Part shown: positions 19,555 through 29,066 of the stretch, piece by piece
How positions within the stretch are numbered: the stretch's first letter is position 1
Layout of the letters: the number at the start of each line of letters is the position of its first letter
Assembly: GCA_964544385.1 (NCBI GenBank)
Contig: CAZJCR010000004.1
Location: forward strand, 363-47,997
Direction of reading: 5' to 3'
Source of the DNA: an uncultured Bacteroidales bacterium
GTDB taxonomy: Bacteria; Bacteroidota; Bacteroidia; Bacteroidales; SZUA-534
DNA: 47,635 nucleotides
Notes under the pieces: model-generated
Seen by the model: only the letters and a program-made list of their open reading frames with translations
Databases searched by the model: none
Told to the model about the DNA's origin: nothing
Position numbers and translations under genes: made by a program

Positions 19555-20301
19555 ATGGAATACAATAACGATAAATTTACACGAAACTCAAAAGGCAGGG
19601 TTTGCCACCGCGACGGTTTACCAATAGTTGGTCTTTTGTTAATAGGCTTTGGCGTAGTTTTTTTACTCGACAGGCTTGGTTTACTCCCATACGAAACACG
19701 CCGTATAATAATTAGCTGGCCGTCGTTACTTATTTTTATTGGCGTGGTCAACCTTTTCCGCAACCATTCAAGGTTTCCGGCAATAATACTTATTTTAGTA
19801 GGTACTACTTTTTTAATACCACGTATAATTGACGTGCCATTCGAAACCCGTCAGTTAATTTGGCCGGTACTTTTAATTGCCGTTGGCATTATAATAGTTT
19901 TTATACCACGACGGGTAAAACACCCCCACTATTTCGACACAAAAAATATTACTGTTGACGGCGTTGAACGCATTGACGAAATAGCAATTATGGGTGGCGG
20001 CAAACGAGTTATACAAAGCCGTAACATAAAAGGTGGAAATGTTACCGCTATTTTTGGCGGGCTCGAAATTGACCTAACCGAAGCCGATTTTGTTAACGAT
20101 ATTACTGTTATCGAAGTATCGGCAATATTTGGAGGTGTATCGCTATTTGTAAAACCCGAGTGGGACGTTCAAATTCAGGTTACATCAATATTAGGCGGTT
20201 TTTCGGACGAACGCAAAATTTACAAAAACAACAATACAACTAAAACATTAATTATTAAAGGAGCTGCAATATTTGGTGGCGGCGAGGTAAAATCAATATA
20301 A
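19555..20301 (+). CDS. LiaF-like (DUF2154) cell-envelope stress membrane protein
   Basis: Four N-terminal TM helices. The C-terminal repetitive IFGGLEIDLTEADF..SAIFGGVSLFV..SILGGFSD..AAIFGGGEV is typical of the LiaF C-terminal domain. Sits upstream of a LytS-type kinase and a LytTR regulator. Confidence 0.7.
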   Translation: MEYNNDKFTRNSKGRVCHRDGLPIVGLLLIGFGVVFLLDRLGLLPYETRRIIISWPSLLIFIGVVNLFRNHSRFPAIILILVGTTFLIPRIIDVPFETRQLIWPVLLIAVGIIIVFIPRRVKHPHYFDTKNITVDGVERIDEIAIMGGGKRVIQSRNIKGGNVTAIFGGLEIDLTEADFVNDITVIEVSAIFGGVSLFVKPEWDVQIQVTSILGGFSDERKIYKNNNTTKTLIIKGAAIFGGGEVKSI

Positions 20302-20355
20302 CCATTATTTATACTACAACACTAACCAAATAATAAATTATTATAGAAACTATTA

Positions 20356-20435
20356 CCTAAGTTGAGCGGTTTAAGTAAAACAAACAAGAACTTTACCTAT
20401 GTCTAACTACAATTCAACCAATCGCTCAATTTGGG
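20356..20435 (-). mobile_element. MITE-like repeat, copy D (reverse orientation, divergent interior, 80 bp)
   Basis: CCTAAGTTGAGCGG ... CGCTCAATTTGGG. Flanks are TATTA (20351-20355) and TAATA (20436-20440). Confidence 0.65.
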
Positions 20436-20575
20436 TAATAACAACAAATTTGTTATTAGTTTCGGCCTTTTTAAAAGCCCCACAACAACCAAACAACATA
20501 GCATATAAACATTGGCAACAATATCATCTATAATTAATAAATTATGTTGCTAAAACAGTAAAATAAGCAAAACAA

Positions 20576-21646
20576 ATGAACCACCCCATATTCGACAATA
20601 TACGAACCTCGTTATTTTACTTTTCGGCATGGGTGTTAGTTTATATTATTAATGTTATTGCCATAGTAACAGTATTTAATATCGATATATATACAGCTGC
20701 CGCCGATGGTGCCATATTTGTTGCTTTGTTTGGTTTATTAGCACTGGCCTTATGGTATCCGGTTGTTTACAACGACATTAATAACCAAAACATTACTAAC
20801 ATACTGCTAAACCATTTAAGCATAATGGTTTTAACAGTTACAATATGGAGCAGTGTTGGATTGTATGTTTGCAAGCTAATTTTTTTTGACAACGAAAATT
20901 ACTTAGCCTTTGTCGACAAATCAATAGCATGGAGGGTATCGTCGGGCTGTATAATGTATTTTTTTACCACTTTAATATATTACCTTATAAAATATGGTAT
21001 TGATTTGCGCAACCATATAATACAAGAATCGAAATTAAAAGAACGAATAAACGAGGCCGAACTTAACGCGCTAAAATCGCAAATAAACCCACATTTTTTG
21101 TTTAACAGTTTAAACTCCATAAGCTCGCTAACACTTACAAACCCCCAAAAAGCCCACGATATGATAATTGAGCTTTCGGGATTTTTACGTTACTCGCTTG
21201 CCCACGACCCAACAAAACTAATATCGCTAAAACAAGAGATTGAAAACATTGAGTCGTACCTTGCTGTTGAAAAAATAAGGTTTGGCGATAAACTGATTTT
21301 TAAAAAAGAAATTGACCAAGCCTGCTACAATAAATTAGTGCCTTTTTTAATAATACAACCGTTGGTTGAAAACGCTGTTAAACATGGCGTTTACGAAAGC
21401 ACATTGCCTGTCGAGATTTTTATTGGCTGTAATTGCACCAGCGACAATAGTATTATTATAACAATTAAAAACAATTTCGACCCCGAGGCAATAGCCCGCC
21501 CGGGAACTGGCACCGGATTAAAAAACATTAACGACAGACTTAAAATTATTTATCAGCTTAACAATTTAGTAAACACGCATAAAACCGATAACACGTTTAC
21601 GGTAACATTAATAATTCCCGAAAAGGCATTAATAAAAGTAAAATAA
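20576..21646 (+). CDS. Sensor histidine kinase, LytS/YehU-type (His_kinase PF06580-like)
   Basis: Multi-TM N-terminus, signature LKSQINPHFLFNSLNSI, ENAVKHG, GTGTGLKNINDRL. Confidence 0.85.
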   Translation: MNHPIFDNIRTSLFYFSAWVLVYIINVIAIVTVFNIDIYTAAADGAIFVALFGLLALALWYPVVYNDINNQNITNILLNHLSIMVLTVTIWSSVGLYVCKLIFFDNENYLAFVDKSIAWRVSSGCIMYFFTTLIYYLIKYGIDLRNHIIQESKLKERINEAELNALKSQINPHFLFNSLNSISSLTLTNPQKAHDMIIELSGFLRYSLAHDPTKLISLKQEIENIESYLAVEKIRFGDKLIFKKEIDQACYNKLVPFLIIQPLVENAVKHGVYESTLPVEIFIGCNCTSDNSIIITIKNNFDPEAIARPGTGTGLKNINDRLKIIYQLNNLVNTHKTDNTFTVTLIIPEKALIKVK

Positions 21647-21656
21647 ACATACTATT

Positions 21657-22403
21657 ATGGCAAAAGTTATTATTATTGACGACGAAGCCCCTGCACGCCA
21701 AATAATAAAAAATTATTTGGGCGATTATACCGATTTAGAGCTTTGCGGCGAGTACTCCGATGGTTTTAGTGGTATTAAAGCTATTAAAGAGATAAACCCC
21801 GACCTTGTTTTTTTAGATGTACAGATGCCCAAAATTACCGGTTTCGAAATGCTTGAGCTAATTGACAACCCGCCGGCAATTATATTTACTACTGCATACG
21901 ACCAATATGCCATTAAGGCTTTTGAAATGAACGCTGTTGATTACTTACTAAAGCCTTTTTCGCGCGAGCGTTTTGCACAAGCTGTCGACAAGGCAAAAAG
22001 CCACTTTTTAAACGCAACAAGCAAACAGGCAAACTACACCAAATTAGTTGAAGAAATTGACGGGCATAGCGATAATCTATTCAGGATAGTTGTAAAAAAA
22101 GGCAACGATATACATGTAATTCCGGTATCGGACTTGTTGTACATTGAAGCCAAAGACGACTATGTAATGCTTTACACCGAAAAAGGCCGGTTTTTAAAAG
22201 AAAAAACAATGCGTTTTTTTGAAGACCACCTTGACCCCCGTAATTTTGTGCGCGTTCACCGCTCGTATATTGTTAAAATTGACCAGGTAAAAAGACTTGA
22301 ACCTTATGGCAAATCGTCGTACATGGCTGTTTTGGGCCGCGACCAAAAAATTAACGTGAGCTTGTCGGGATACAAAAAACTTAAAGAAGCATTAAATTTT
22401 TAA
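21657..22403 (+). CDS. LytTR-family DNA-binding response regulator
   Basis: Receiver motifs VIIIDDE, VFLDVQMP, LLKPF. C-terminal LytTR motif FVRVHRSYIVKIDQV. Confidence 0.9.
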   Translation: MAKVIIIDDEAPARQIIKNYLGDYTDLELCGEYSDGFSGIKAIKEINPDLVFLDVQMPKITGFEMLELIDNPPAIIFTTAYDQYAIKAFEMNAVDYLLKPFSRERFAQAVDKAKSHFLNATSKQANYTKLVEEIDGHSDNLFRIVVKKGNDIHVIPVSDLLYIEAKDDYVMLYTEKGRFLKEKTMRFFEDHLDPRNFVRVHRSYIVKIDQVKRLEPYGKSSYMAVLGRDQKINVSLSGYKKLKEALNF

Positions 22404-22411
22404 CAACATAA

Positions 22412-22442
22412 CCCAACTTGAGCTAATGGCTCAATCGATTTA
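22412..22442 (+). repeat. MITE-like repeat, copy E (solo left-arm hairpin)
   Basis: CCCAACTTGAGCTAATGGCTCAATCGATTTA equals the left terminus plus first stem-loop. It fills the 36-nt gap between the convergent stops at 22403 and 22440 and overlaps the gldA-like stop codon. Confidence 0.6.
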
Positions 22443-23342
22443 CTTTTTTGTTAGCTTTTGAAAAACCTGCTCTAACGACAGTTCTTGTTTTTGCATCGAC
22501 AAAACGCTTAGTTGGTTTTTAACTGCAAAACTGAACAATTGCTCCCTAATATCGCTTTTTGCCTCAATAATGTAAGCAGCCCCGGCCAAATTTTTTACCG
22601 ATATAATATCGGGCAAATTAAAATTATTAGTGCTTACAGGTTTATTAAACTCAATACTAATAACAATAGTTTTGCCATTACTCAATTGTTGTATTGTTTT
22701 AGTATTGTTGTTAGCCACAATAACCCCATTGTTAATAATAATTATTTGTTGGCAAATAGCCTCAACCTCTTGCATAATATGGGTCGATAGCATAACAGTT
22801 TTTTCTTTTCCGGCATCGGCAATAAGGTTACGTATTTCAATAATTTGGTTTGGGTCGAGCCCCGATGTGGGTTCGTCTAAAATAAGTACTTTAGGGTTGT
22901 GTACAAGTGCCTGTGCTAAACCAACCCTTTGCCTGTAACCTTTCGACAGTTCGCCAATTTTTTTATGCTGCTCGTTACCAAGGCCTGTAAGTTCAATAAT
23001 TTGCAAAACACGTTTGTTAATATTGTCGAGTTTGTAAATACCGGCTACAAATGCCAGGTACTCTTTAACATACATTTCGAGATAAAGCGGGTTATGTTCG
23101 GGTAAATATCCTATAAGCCTTTTAATCTCTAAAGGGTTATCGATAGCATTAATACCTTCGACAATAATATTGCCGGTATCGGGGGGCAAAAAACCGGTAA
23201 TTATTTTCATCATTGTTGATTTACCTGCACCATTAGGGCCTAAAAAGCCTACTACCTGGCCACTATCGATGCTAAAACTAATATTATCGAGAGCTTTTTG
23301 TGCACCGTATGTTTTTGTAACGTTGTTAACTTGTATCGACAT
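22440..23342 (-). CDS. gldA: ABC transporter ATP-binding protein, GldA-like
   Basis: Walker A GPNGAGKST, signature LSKGYRQRVGLA, Walker B VLILDEPTSGLD. The 300-aa length and N-terminus resemble gliding-motility GldA. gldF and gldG are not adjacent. Confidence 0.6.
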   Translation of the reverse strand: MSIQVNNVTKTYGAQKALDNISFSIDSGQVVGFLGPNGAGKSTMMKIITGFLPPDTGNIIVEGINAIDNPLEIKRLIGYLPEHNPLYLEMYVKEYLAFVAGIYKLDNINKRVLQIIELTGLGNEQHKKIGELSKGYRQRVGLAQALVHNPKVLILDEPTSGLDPNQIIEIRNLIADAGKEKTVMLSTHIMQEVEAICQQIIIINNGVIVANNNTKTIQQLSNGKTIVISIEFNKPVSTNNFNLPDIISVKNLAGAAYIIEAKSDIREQLFSFAVKNQLSVLSMQKQELSLEQVFQKLTKK

Positions 23343-23355
23343 TTATAAATTGTGT

Positions 23356-24867
23356 TTAGTTATTTTTTGCCGTTGCGCCCGAAATAGCATTAATATCGAC
23401 ATTACTATCGAACCGGGCATCAATATTTTGGCTGCGTATAGCATCGCGCCAGCGTTTAGCATTAGCTTTAACTTTGCCGGTAATAAACTCGGGGATATTA
23501 TAATTAAATAAAAAACTATTGTAAAAATCGGGGTTTTGTTGTGGCAAAACAAAAGGTTTGCTAAAAGTGCCATTGCTGCTAAAATGTGTAAAATATGGGC
23601 GTGTAAAAAGTTTATCGATGCGTTTACTGCTAAAAACCATCCAACGCCCGGTACTGTTCCAGCTATGGTAACTATCAACACTGTTACTGTTAATGTCGGG
23701 TTTCGATATTTCGCCGGTTTCAAGGTTTAGCAGGTATAAATCGGCATCGTGATAATGTATTGTAAAATATCCCGATTTTGATTTAGTAAAAACTATGTAT
23801 TTACCGCAAGGCGATGGCTTTGGGAACGATATGCTGCCTGTTAAAGTATCGGCTGCAATTAATGTATCGGCTTTGCCCCATTGGTTTGTTTGTGCATTGT
23901 AAGGTATGCGCAAAAGGCTGTAAAGGTCCACAGTACCTACCGGTGGCGATTTTACCTTTTGTTGTGGCGCGCTAATATAATACAGGTATTTTCCGTCGGG
24001 CGACCACGATGGTAAATTTTCGCGGTTTGGGGTACAAAGCTGCGGGCATGTTGTTACAATATTTTTTTCGATATCGTATAAAATAATGTCCGATGCCTGG
24101 TCGGTTACGTTTATACGTTTGTTATAGTTTGCATGAAATTGTTGCCCAATAATATTTGTTGAGTATGCTATTATTTTGCCACTGGGGTGCCACGCCGGGT
24201 AAACACCAGCCGACAAGGTGTGTTTTGTTTTTGTGTTTACTTTTATAAAATTATTGTCGTGTAATATTGTAGTGCCACCAAAGTTTTTACGTACATGCAG
24301 CATCATACGCGCGGGGTTTTGGTTGTTAAACGAGTGGCAGTTTATACACGCCGTGTTTATCGATGTATTTTCAATTATTGCCGATTGTTTAAAATTCTCG
24401 ATATTGCGTTGGTATATTCCAAGTTTCTCCCACATAACATACCCGGTGTTTATTTGCCTATAAGCAATGTAAGGGTCAATTTTGTGATCCGACACAAACT
24501 GGTAAAACGGTTTGCAGCTAAAAGTTTTGCCACTACTGTCGCTAACAAAAACAGTATACCATAAGGTGTCGTTTATGCTATTTTTAACCAGTTTTTTCCA
24601 TTGCCGGTTTTTAAACATTAGCTTGTTATTTTTAAACTGTTTGGTAATTTTAGTTTCACTGTTTTCGACAGTAACATATAAACCGGTAAACGGTTGTTGC
24701 ACCATAAAATTTAACGGGGCAATATTGTTTGGTATTGTTATGTTTGTATAATCGGGAAAAATATTGGCGTTTATATTTGTACTGTTACAGTTTAATAAAT
24801 TATTGTTTTGGCACGAGTATAAAACCGGTATCAATAAAAAAGGCAATATTTTAAATAAATTATTCAT
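23356..24867 (-). CDS. Lipoprotein with a single CXXCH motif and a PD40/TolB-type beta-propeller
   Basis: I prefer the ATG at 24867 (MNNLFKILPFLLIPVLYSC, lipobox). It lies 10 nt after the upstream stop; the track start is 24894. It has an ACINCHS (CXXCH) motif. PD40-like blades: WHPSGKIIAYS, PSWSPDGKYLYYIS, PSPCGKYIVFT, SWNSTGRWMVFSS. Confidence 0.6.
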   Translation of the reverse strand: MNNLFKILPFLLIPVLYSCQNNNLLNCNSTNINANIFPDYTNITIPNNIAPLNFMVQQPFTGLYVTVENSETKITKQFKNNKLMFKNRQWKKLVKNSINDTLWYTVFVSDSSGKTFSCKPFYQFVSDHKIDPYIAYRQINTGYVMWEKLGIYQRNIENFKQSAIIENTSINTACINCHSFNNQNPARMMLHVRKNFGGTTILHDNNFIKVNTKTKHTLSAGVYPAWHPSGKIIAYSTNIIGQQFHANYNKRINVTDQASDIILYDIEKNIVTTCPQLCTPNRENLPSWSPDGKYLYYISAPQQKVKSPPVGTVDLYSLLRIPYNAQTNQWGKADTLIAADTLTGSISFPKPSPCGKYIVFTKSKSGYFTIHYHDADLYLLNLETGEISKPDINSNSVDSYHSWNSTGRWMVFSSKRIDKLFTRPYFTHFSSNGTFSKPFVLPQQNPDFYNSFLFNYNIPEFITGKVKANAKRWRDAIRSQNIDARFDSNVDINAISGATAKNN

Positions 24868-24877
24868 AGTAATAGTT

Positions 24878-26728
24878 TTAGTGTTCAATAACAACTTCGC
24901 GCGTATTTACCGATGCTTTTGTAACCATAGGGCTATCGAACATTATGTAATACCAGTATGTATCTGAAAAATTTTTAGCCAGCTCAGGCCGCGCTTTGTT
25001 TATATCGGTATGTTTTCGTAAAATATCGTTATAGTATTTAAACCGCTGTTTTATATTATCGTCGATAATAAATTTAAAAACCTGGCTAAAAGGTTTTGGC
25101 GATAAACCTAAATAAAGTATTACCACCTCTTGGTAAAGTTTAGGTATTATAACATTTTGCTGGCTGGTGGTGTTAATAAGCTGTTTAACAAAATCGTTTA
25201 ATTTACCACTTAACATAAAATACGACAAAAGATACTCGTTGGCCATTTTATTGTTATGGTTATGCTCAACAAGCTGAAGCGCATTGTTAGCCGAGTTACC
25301 CATAAAAAAATCAAACTCGGGCATAAAAGCCTTTTTTTGCTCAACAAATTGTTTTGTAAGTTCCGAATTTTTACCCTTAAGATAAGCTCTGCGGTCGGTA
25401 ACCCATTTTTTATACAAAGGGTTAAGGTATAAATTGTTTAAAAATTTATTTGCATTCGCGGTGTCGCCAATTATAATTAAACAATCAATAATTTGTTTAA
25501 GAACAAAAGGACTTTGTGGAGTTAATGTTTGCGCCTCGTAAGCAAACCGTAAAGCGTTCGATATAAGCCCCATATCAAAATACAGGTAACTTGTTGGCAT
25601 ACATATATCGCCGTTTAAAGGCTTTTCAACAAATAATGCATCAACACCTAATGGTTGCCAGCAATTAAACAATTGTGTACCCATGTTCGATGTATGGTAT
25701 AAAGCCTGGTTTACATAAAAGTTTGTCATACGGTCGTATTCGCCACCTTTTTCCGACAATTTTAATACATTTTGCCACTGCTTATTGTAAGCGCACTGTG
25801 CAATTTTTACCCTTAACCTTACTGTTTTATTGTTGTACTTATTAATACCATAAACTATTGTACATAAAATTACTATTGAACTAATTGCTGTAAATAGTAT
25901 TTTAAATAACGGTTTTATTGTAATGTTGCTTTTATATGTTGCCAAATTTATAACTAACAATAAAGGCAAAATAAACAAAACAATGTACAGTAAAGGGCTT
26001 ATTTTGTAATGCAAATAAAATGGCGTATATGGTAAAAGAGCTAGCCATGCTTGATAAACACTAATATTAGCTACAAATTTTTGATAAAAAAATGGTATAA
26101 AAGCTGCAATAATTATTAATAAACAATAAAACCAATATTGCTTTTTTGTTTGATTTATAAACAATATAATTATAGCTGTAACAGTAAAAATATACATAAA
26201 CATTGGCCCCAACACATAATAAACAATTGCTAAAGCTACTATAGTAAAAATATTGGTGCTTATTTTGCTTTTAGCAAACCTGCTAAAAAAGTATATTATT
26301 ACCGATGTAACCAATAATTGTATGATAATTGAAAACGTGAATTTTAAATCGTGCCAAACTATTAGATAAACACCAAGAACAATTAAAAAGCTACAATGCG
26401 GGCTAATATATTTTTTAAAAACATTTTTTAATGTTAACCAAAAAAACATTCCTGTTAAAGCTGCAAATAATGATAAAATTATTGCCCCGGTAATTTTATT
26501 GATAAAAAATTGTTCGAAAAATACCGATAAATATTGGCTAATACCGCCCGGGAATTTTAAAAACCCTGTAAAAAAAGCCTTGCTGGTTAAAAAAGCCGGT
26601 TGTTGTACAAAATAAAACAGCGAAGTGTCGATATAATTAATTATGTAATATAACGATGCAATAAACGACAAAACAACTATTGTTATGCTAACTTTTTTAT
26701 CCATATTAAATATATTTGGTAAAAACAC
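24878..26728 (-). CDS. Polytopic membrane protein with C-terminal soluble helical domain (DUF6057-like?)
   Basis: About 9-10 hydrophobic helices in the first ~300 aa, then a ~320-aa helical or TPR-like domain. The family name is recalled from memory and unverified. Confidence 0.5.
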   Translation of the reverse strand: MFLPNIFNMDKKVSITIVVLSFIASLYYIINYIDTSLFYFVQQPAFLTSKAFFTGFLKFPGGISQYLSVFFEQFFINKITGAIILSLFAALTGMFFWLTLKNVFKKYISPHCSFLIVLGVYLIVWHDLKFTFSIIIQLLVTSVIIYFFSRFAKSKISTNIFTIVALAIVYYVLGPMFMYIFTVTAIIILFINQTKKQYWFYCLLIIIAAFIPFFYQKFVANISVYQAWLALLPYTPFYLHYKISPLLYIVLFILPLLLVINLATYKSNITIKPLFKILFTAISSIVILCTIVYGINKYNNKTVRLRVKIAQCAYNKQWQNVLKLSEKGGEYDRMTNFYVNQALYHTSNMGTQLFNCWQPLGVDALFVEKPLNGDICMPTSYLYFDMGLISNALRFAYEAQTLTPQSPFVLKQIIDCLIIIGDTANANKFLNNLYLNPLYKKWVTDRRAYLKGKNSELTKQFVEQKKAFMPEFDFFMGNSANNALQLVEHNHNNKMANEYLLSYFMLSGKLNDFVKQLINTTSQQNVIIPKLYQEVVILYLGLSPKPFSQVFKFIIDDNIKQRFKYYNDILRKHTDINKARPELAKNFSDTYWYYIMFDSPMVTKASVNTREVVIEH

Positions 26729-26851
26729 AGTGTTGTTTACAAACTATTCCAAACTAATTCAAAAAAAAAAATGCTTTAAAGCTCAAAGATAATTAAAATG
26801 ACATAAAATGGTTGGCCTAATGTATAAAGGTAGTTTTTGTCAATATTTTTT

Positions 26852-26859
26852 TACTTTTG
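26852..26859 (+). promoter_or_regulatory. Bacteroidota-type -7 box TACTTTTG
   Basis: TAnnTTTG match within the recurring 10-mer TTACTTTTGC, 28 nt upstream of the in-frame ATG at 26887. Confidence 0.5.
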
Positions 26860-26886
26860 CCCACAATAAAAAATGGTACAATTGTA

Positions 26887-28050
26887 ATGACAGACAAAAC
26901 CGAAAAACTAAAGTATTATTTTAATTATTCAGCTAATAATAATGGCAATTTTACCGACAATGTGGTAAGTTGCCTTAAATATATTATCGAAACAAAAGGC
27001 AACCAGTTCGATATTTTGTACCAAACATTTTTTATTGATGCCCAAAGCAAATTCGATTTCATTAACAAAAAACAATTAATACTTAATTACTTTGCCGATA
27101 GTGGTTTAGGATTTGTGCCTACATCGGTTGTAGGGCAAAAACCTTACAACAGCCTTTTGGCCTGTGAATTTGTGTTGGTTAACAAAAATAATGTACAAAT
27201 TATTAACCAAACGGCCGGTACTATAAACTACTGTAGGGCTAATTTTAAAACACACACCGAAATTATTGCATTTGGTTTAACCAACAATTTGAACCAAAGC
27301 ACCTACAATAATAGCGATAGTGCTTTTAAACTGGCACAACAGGTTTTAGAAACTGAGGGCCTTACATTTGCCGACATTGTACGCCAATGGAATTATATTG
27401 AAAATATTACTTTTGAACAAGTTAACGATGGAGTTTGCACTCAAAATTACCAGGCATTTAACAACATAAGGTCAAAATATTACAATAGCAGCCAATTTAC
27501 TTTTGGATACCCGGCAGCTACAGGTATTGGAATGGACTACGGTGGCGTTGCTATCGATTTTATTGCTGTTAAACCATCAAATAGTGTAAGCACAATTGCA
27601 ATAACAAACCCTTTGCAAATTGATGCCCACAATTACAGTCATAATGTATTGGTTGGCCAAAATTTTGAGCACAACAACACTAAAACTACACCAAAATTTG
27701 AACGGGCAAAGCTATTATGCTGTGGCAGTAACCATATTTTTGTATCGGGCACAGCAGCAATTATTGGCGAAAACACAGTAACAACTACCTCAATAGCCGA
27801 ACAAACAGCAATAACTATCGATAATATTAACAAGCTGGTTTCGGAAACAAATTTACAAAAACATAAAGTTTATTATAAAACACAAACTACATGCGTTCAT
27901 TTACGTGTTTATGTGCGCAATGGCAACAATTGTTCAACTGTAAAACAAACTGTTGAAAAATTAATGCCAAACATACCATTTATTTTGGTTTACGGAAATG
28001 TATGCCGCAACAATTTACTTGTCGAAATTGAGGCTGTTTTTACCTGCTAA
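26887..28050 (+). CDS. RidA/YjgF-fold protein, FkbO/Hyg5/XanB2-like chorismatase family (putative)
   Basis: RidA-like elements RQWNYIENI, PAATGIGM, FVSGTAAIIGENTV, EQTAITIDNINKL, LRVYV and C-terminal LVEIEAVF in a ~390-aa two-domain protein. I moved the start to the ATG at 26887 because the track start overlaps the -7 box. Confidence 0.4.
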   Translation: MTDKTEKLKYYFNYSANNNGNFTDNVVSCLKYIIETKGNQFDILYQTFFIDAQSKFDFINKKQLILNYFADSGLGFVPTSVVGQKPYNSLLACEFVLVNKNNVQIINQTAGTINYCRANFKTHTEIIAFGLTNNLNQSTYNNSDSAFKLAQQVLETEGLTFADIVRQWNYIENITFEQVNDGVCTQNYQAFNNIRSKYYNSSQFTFGYPAATGIGMDYGGVAIDFIAVKPSNSVSTIAITNPLQIDAHNYSHNVLVGQNFEHNNTKTTPKFERAKLLCCGSNHIFVSGTAAIIGENTVTTTSIAEQTAITIDNINKLVSETNLQKHKVYYKTQTTCVHLRVYVRNGNNCSTVKQTVEKLMPNIPFILVYGNVCRNNLLVEIEAVFTC

Positions 28051-29066
28051 TGAGCCTGTTTAAACTGACGTAAAAAACGCAAATCGTTTTCGAAATACAG
28101 GCGTAAGTCGCGAACCTGGAATTTAAGCATAGCTGTACGTTCAATACCCATTCCAAAAGCAAACCCGGTATATTTTTTACTATCAATGCCACAACTTTCG
28201 AGTACGTTAGGGTCAACCATTCCACAGCCCAATATCTCGAGCCAGCCTGTATATTTACAAATATTGCAACCCTTGCCCCCGCAAATCGAACACGAAATGT
28301 CCATCTCGGCCGACGGTTCGGTAAAAGGAAAATACGACGGCCTCAACCGTATTTGTGTTTGCTCGCCAAACATCTCTTTGGCAAAGTACATTAGTGTTTG
28401 TTTTAGGTCGGCAAACGATACATTTTCGTCAACATATAAACCCTCAACCTGGTGAAATATACAATGCGCGCGTGCCGAGATTGCCTCGTTCCGAAAAACT
28501 CTGCCCGGAAAAATACTGCGTATAGGTGGTTGTTGTTTTTCCATTACCCTTACTTGTACGCTCGATGTGTGTGTACGTAGTAATATATCAGGGTCTTTTT
28601 CGATAAAAAAAGTGTCTTGCATGTCGCGTGCAGGGTGTTCGGGTGGAAAATTAAGTGCCGAAAAAACATGCCAGTCGTCTTCAATTTCGGGGCCTTCGGC
28701 CACAGTAAAACCTAACCTGCTAAATATATCGATTATTTGATTGCGCACAATTGAAATTGGGTGGCGTGCCCCCAACTCCACAGGCTCGCCCGGACGGGTA
28801 AGGTCATTATTTGTTTCGGTTGCGCTTAACTCTTCAACCTGTTCTTTAGCAGTATCGTATTTAAGCTGGGCTTGTTGTTTAAGTATATTTATTTGTGCAC
28901 CAACCTCTTTTTTTTGGTCGGGTGGCACGTTTTTAAAATCGTTAAACAAAAGCGATATTTCACCTTTTTTACTTAAAAAAGTTAACCGATATTGTTCGAG
29001 TTCCTGAGCGTTTGTAATTACAAATGCCGAGGTTTGTTGCACCAACTGTTTAATTTTTTCGAGCAT
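28047..29066 (-). CDS. pheS: Phenylalanine--tRNA ligase alpha subunit
   Basis: FPPEHPARDMQDTFF, FRNEAISARAH, FAFGMGIERTAMLKF. I prefer the start MLEKIKQL at 29066; the track's longest ORF starts at 29111. Confidence 0.93.
   Translation of the reverse strand: MLEKIKQLVQQTSAFVITNAQELEQYRLTFLSKKGEISLLFNDFKNVPPDQKKEVGAQINILKQQAQLKYDTAKEQVEELSATETNNDLTRPGEPVELGARHPISIVRNQIIDIFSRLGFTVAEGPEIEDDWHVFSALNFPPEHPARDMQDTFFIEKDPDILLRTHTSSVQVRVMEKQQPPIRSIFPGRVFRNEAISARAHCIFHQVEGLYVDENVSFADLKQTLMYFAKEMFGEQTQIRLRPSYFPFTEPSAEMDISCSICGGKGCNICKYTGWLEILGCGMVDPNVLESCGIDSKKYTGFAFGMGIERTAMLKFQVRDLRLYFENDLRFLRQFKQAH

Noticed and set aside
22440-23342. Calling this locus a gliding-motility gldAFG operon.
   Set aside because: Only the ATPase is present. 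The downstream neighbour is a convergent lytTR gene and the upstream genes are not GldF- or GldG-like. The GldA label itself rests on resemblance from memory.
23343-23723. 126-aa minus-strand ORF overlapping the 3' end of the PD40 lipoprotein gene in another frame.
   Set aside because: The overlapping frame carries clear PD40 family signatures and sensible operon spacing. The alternative product has no features.
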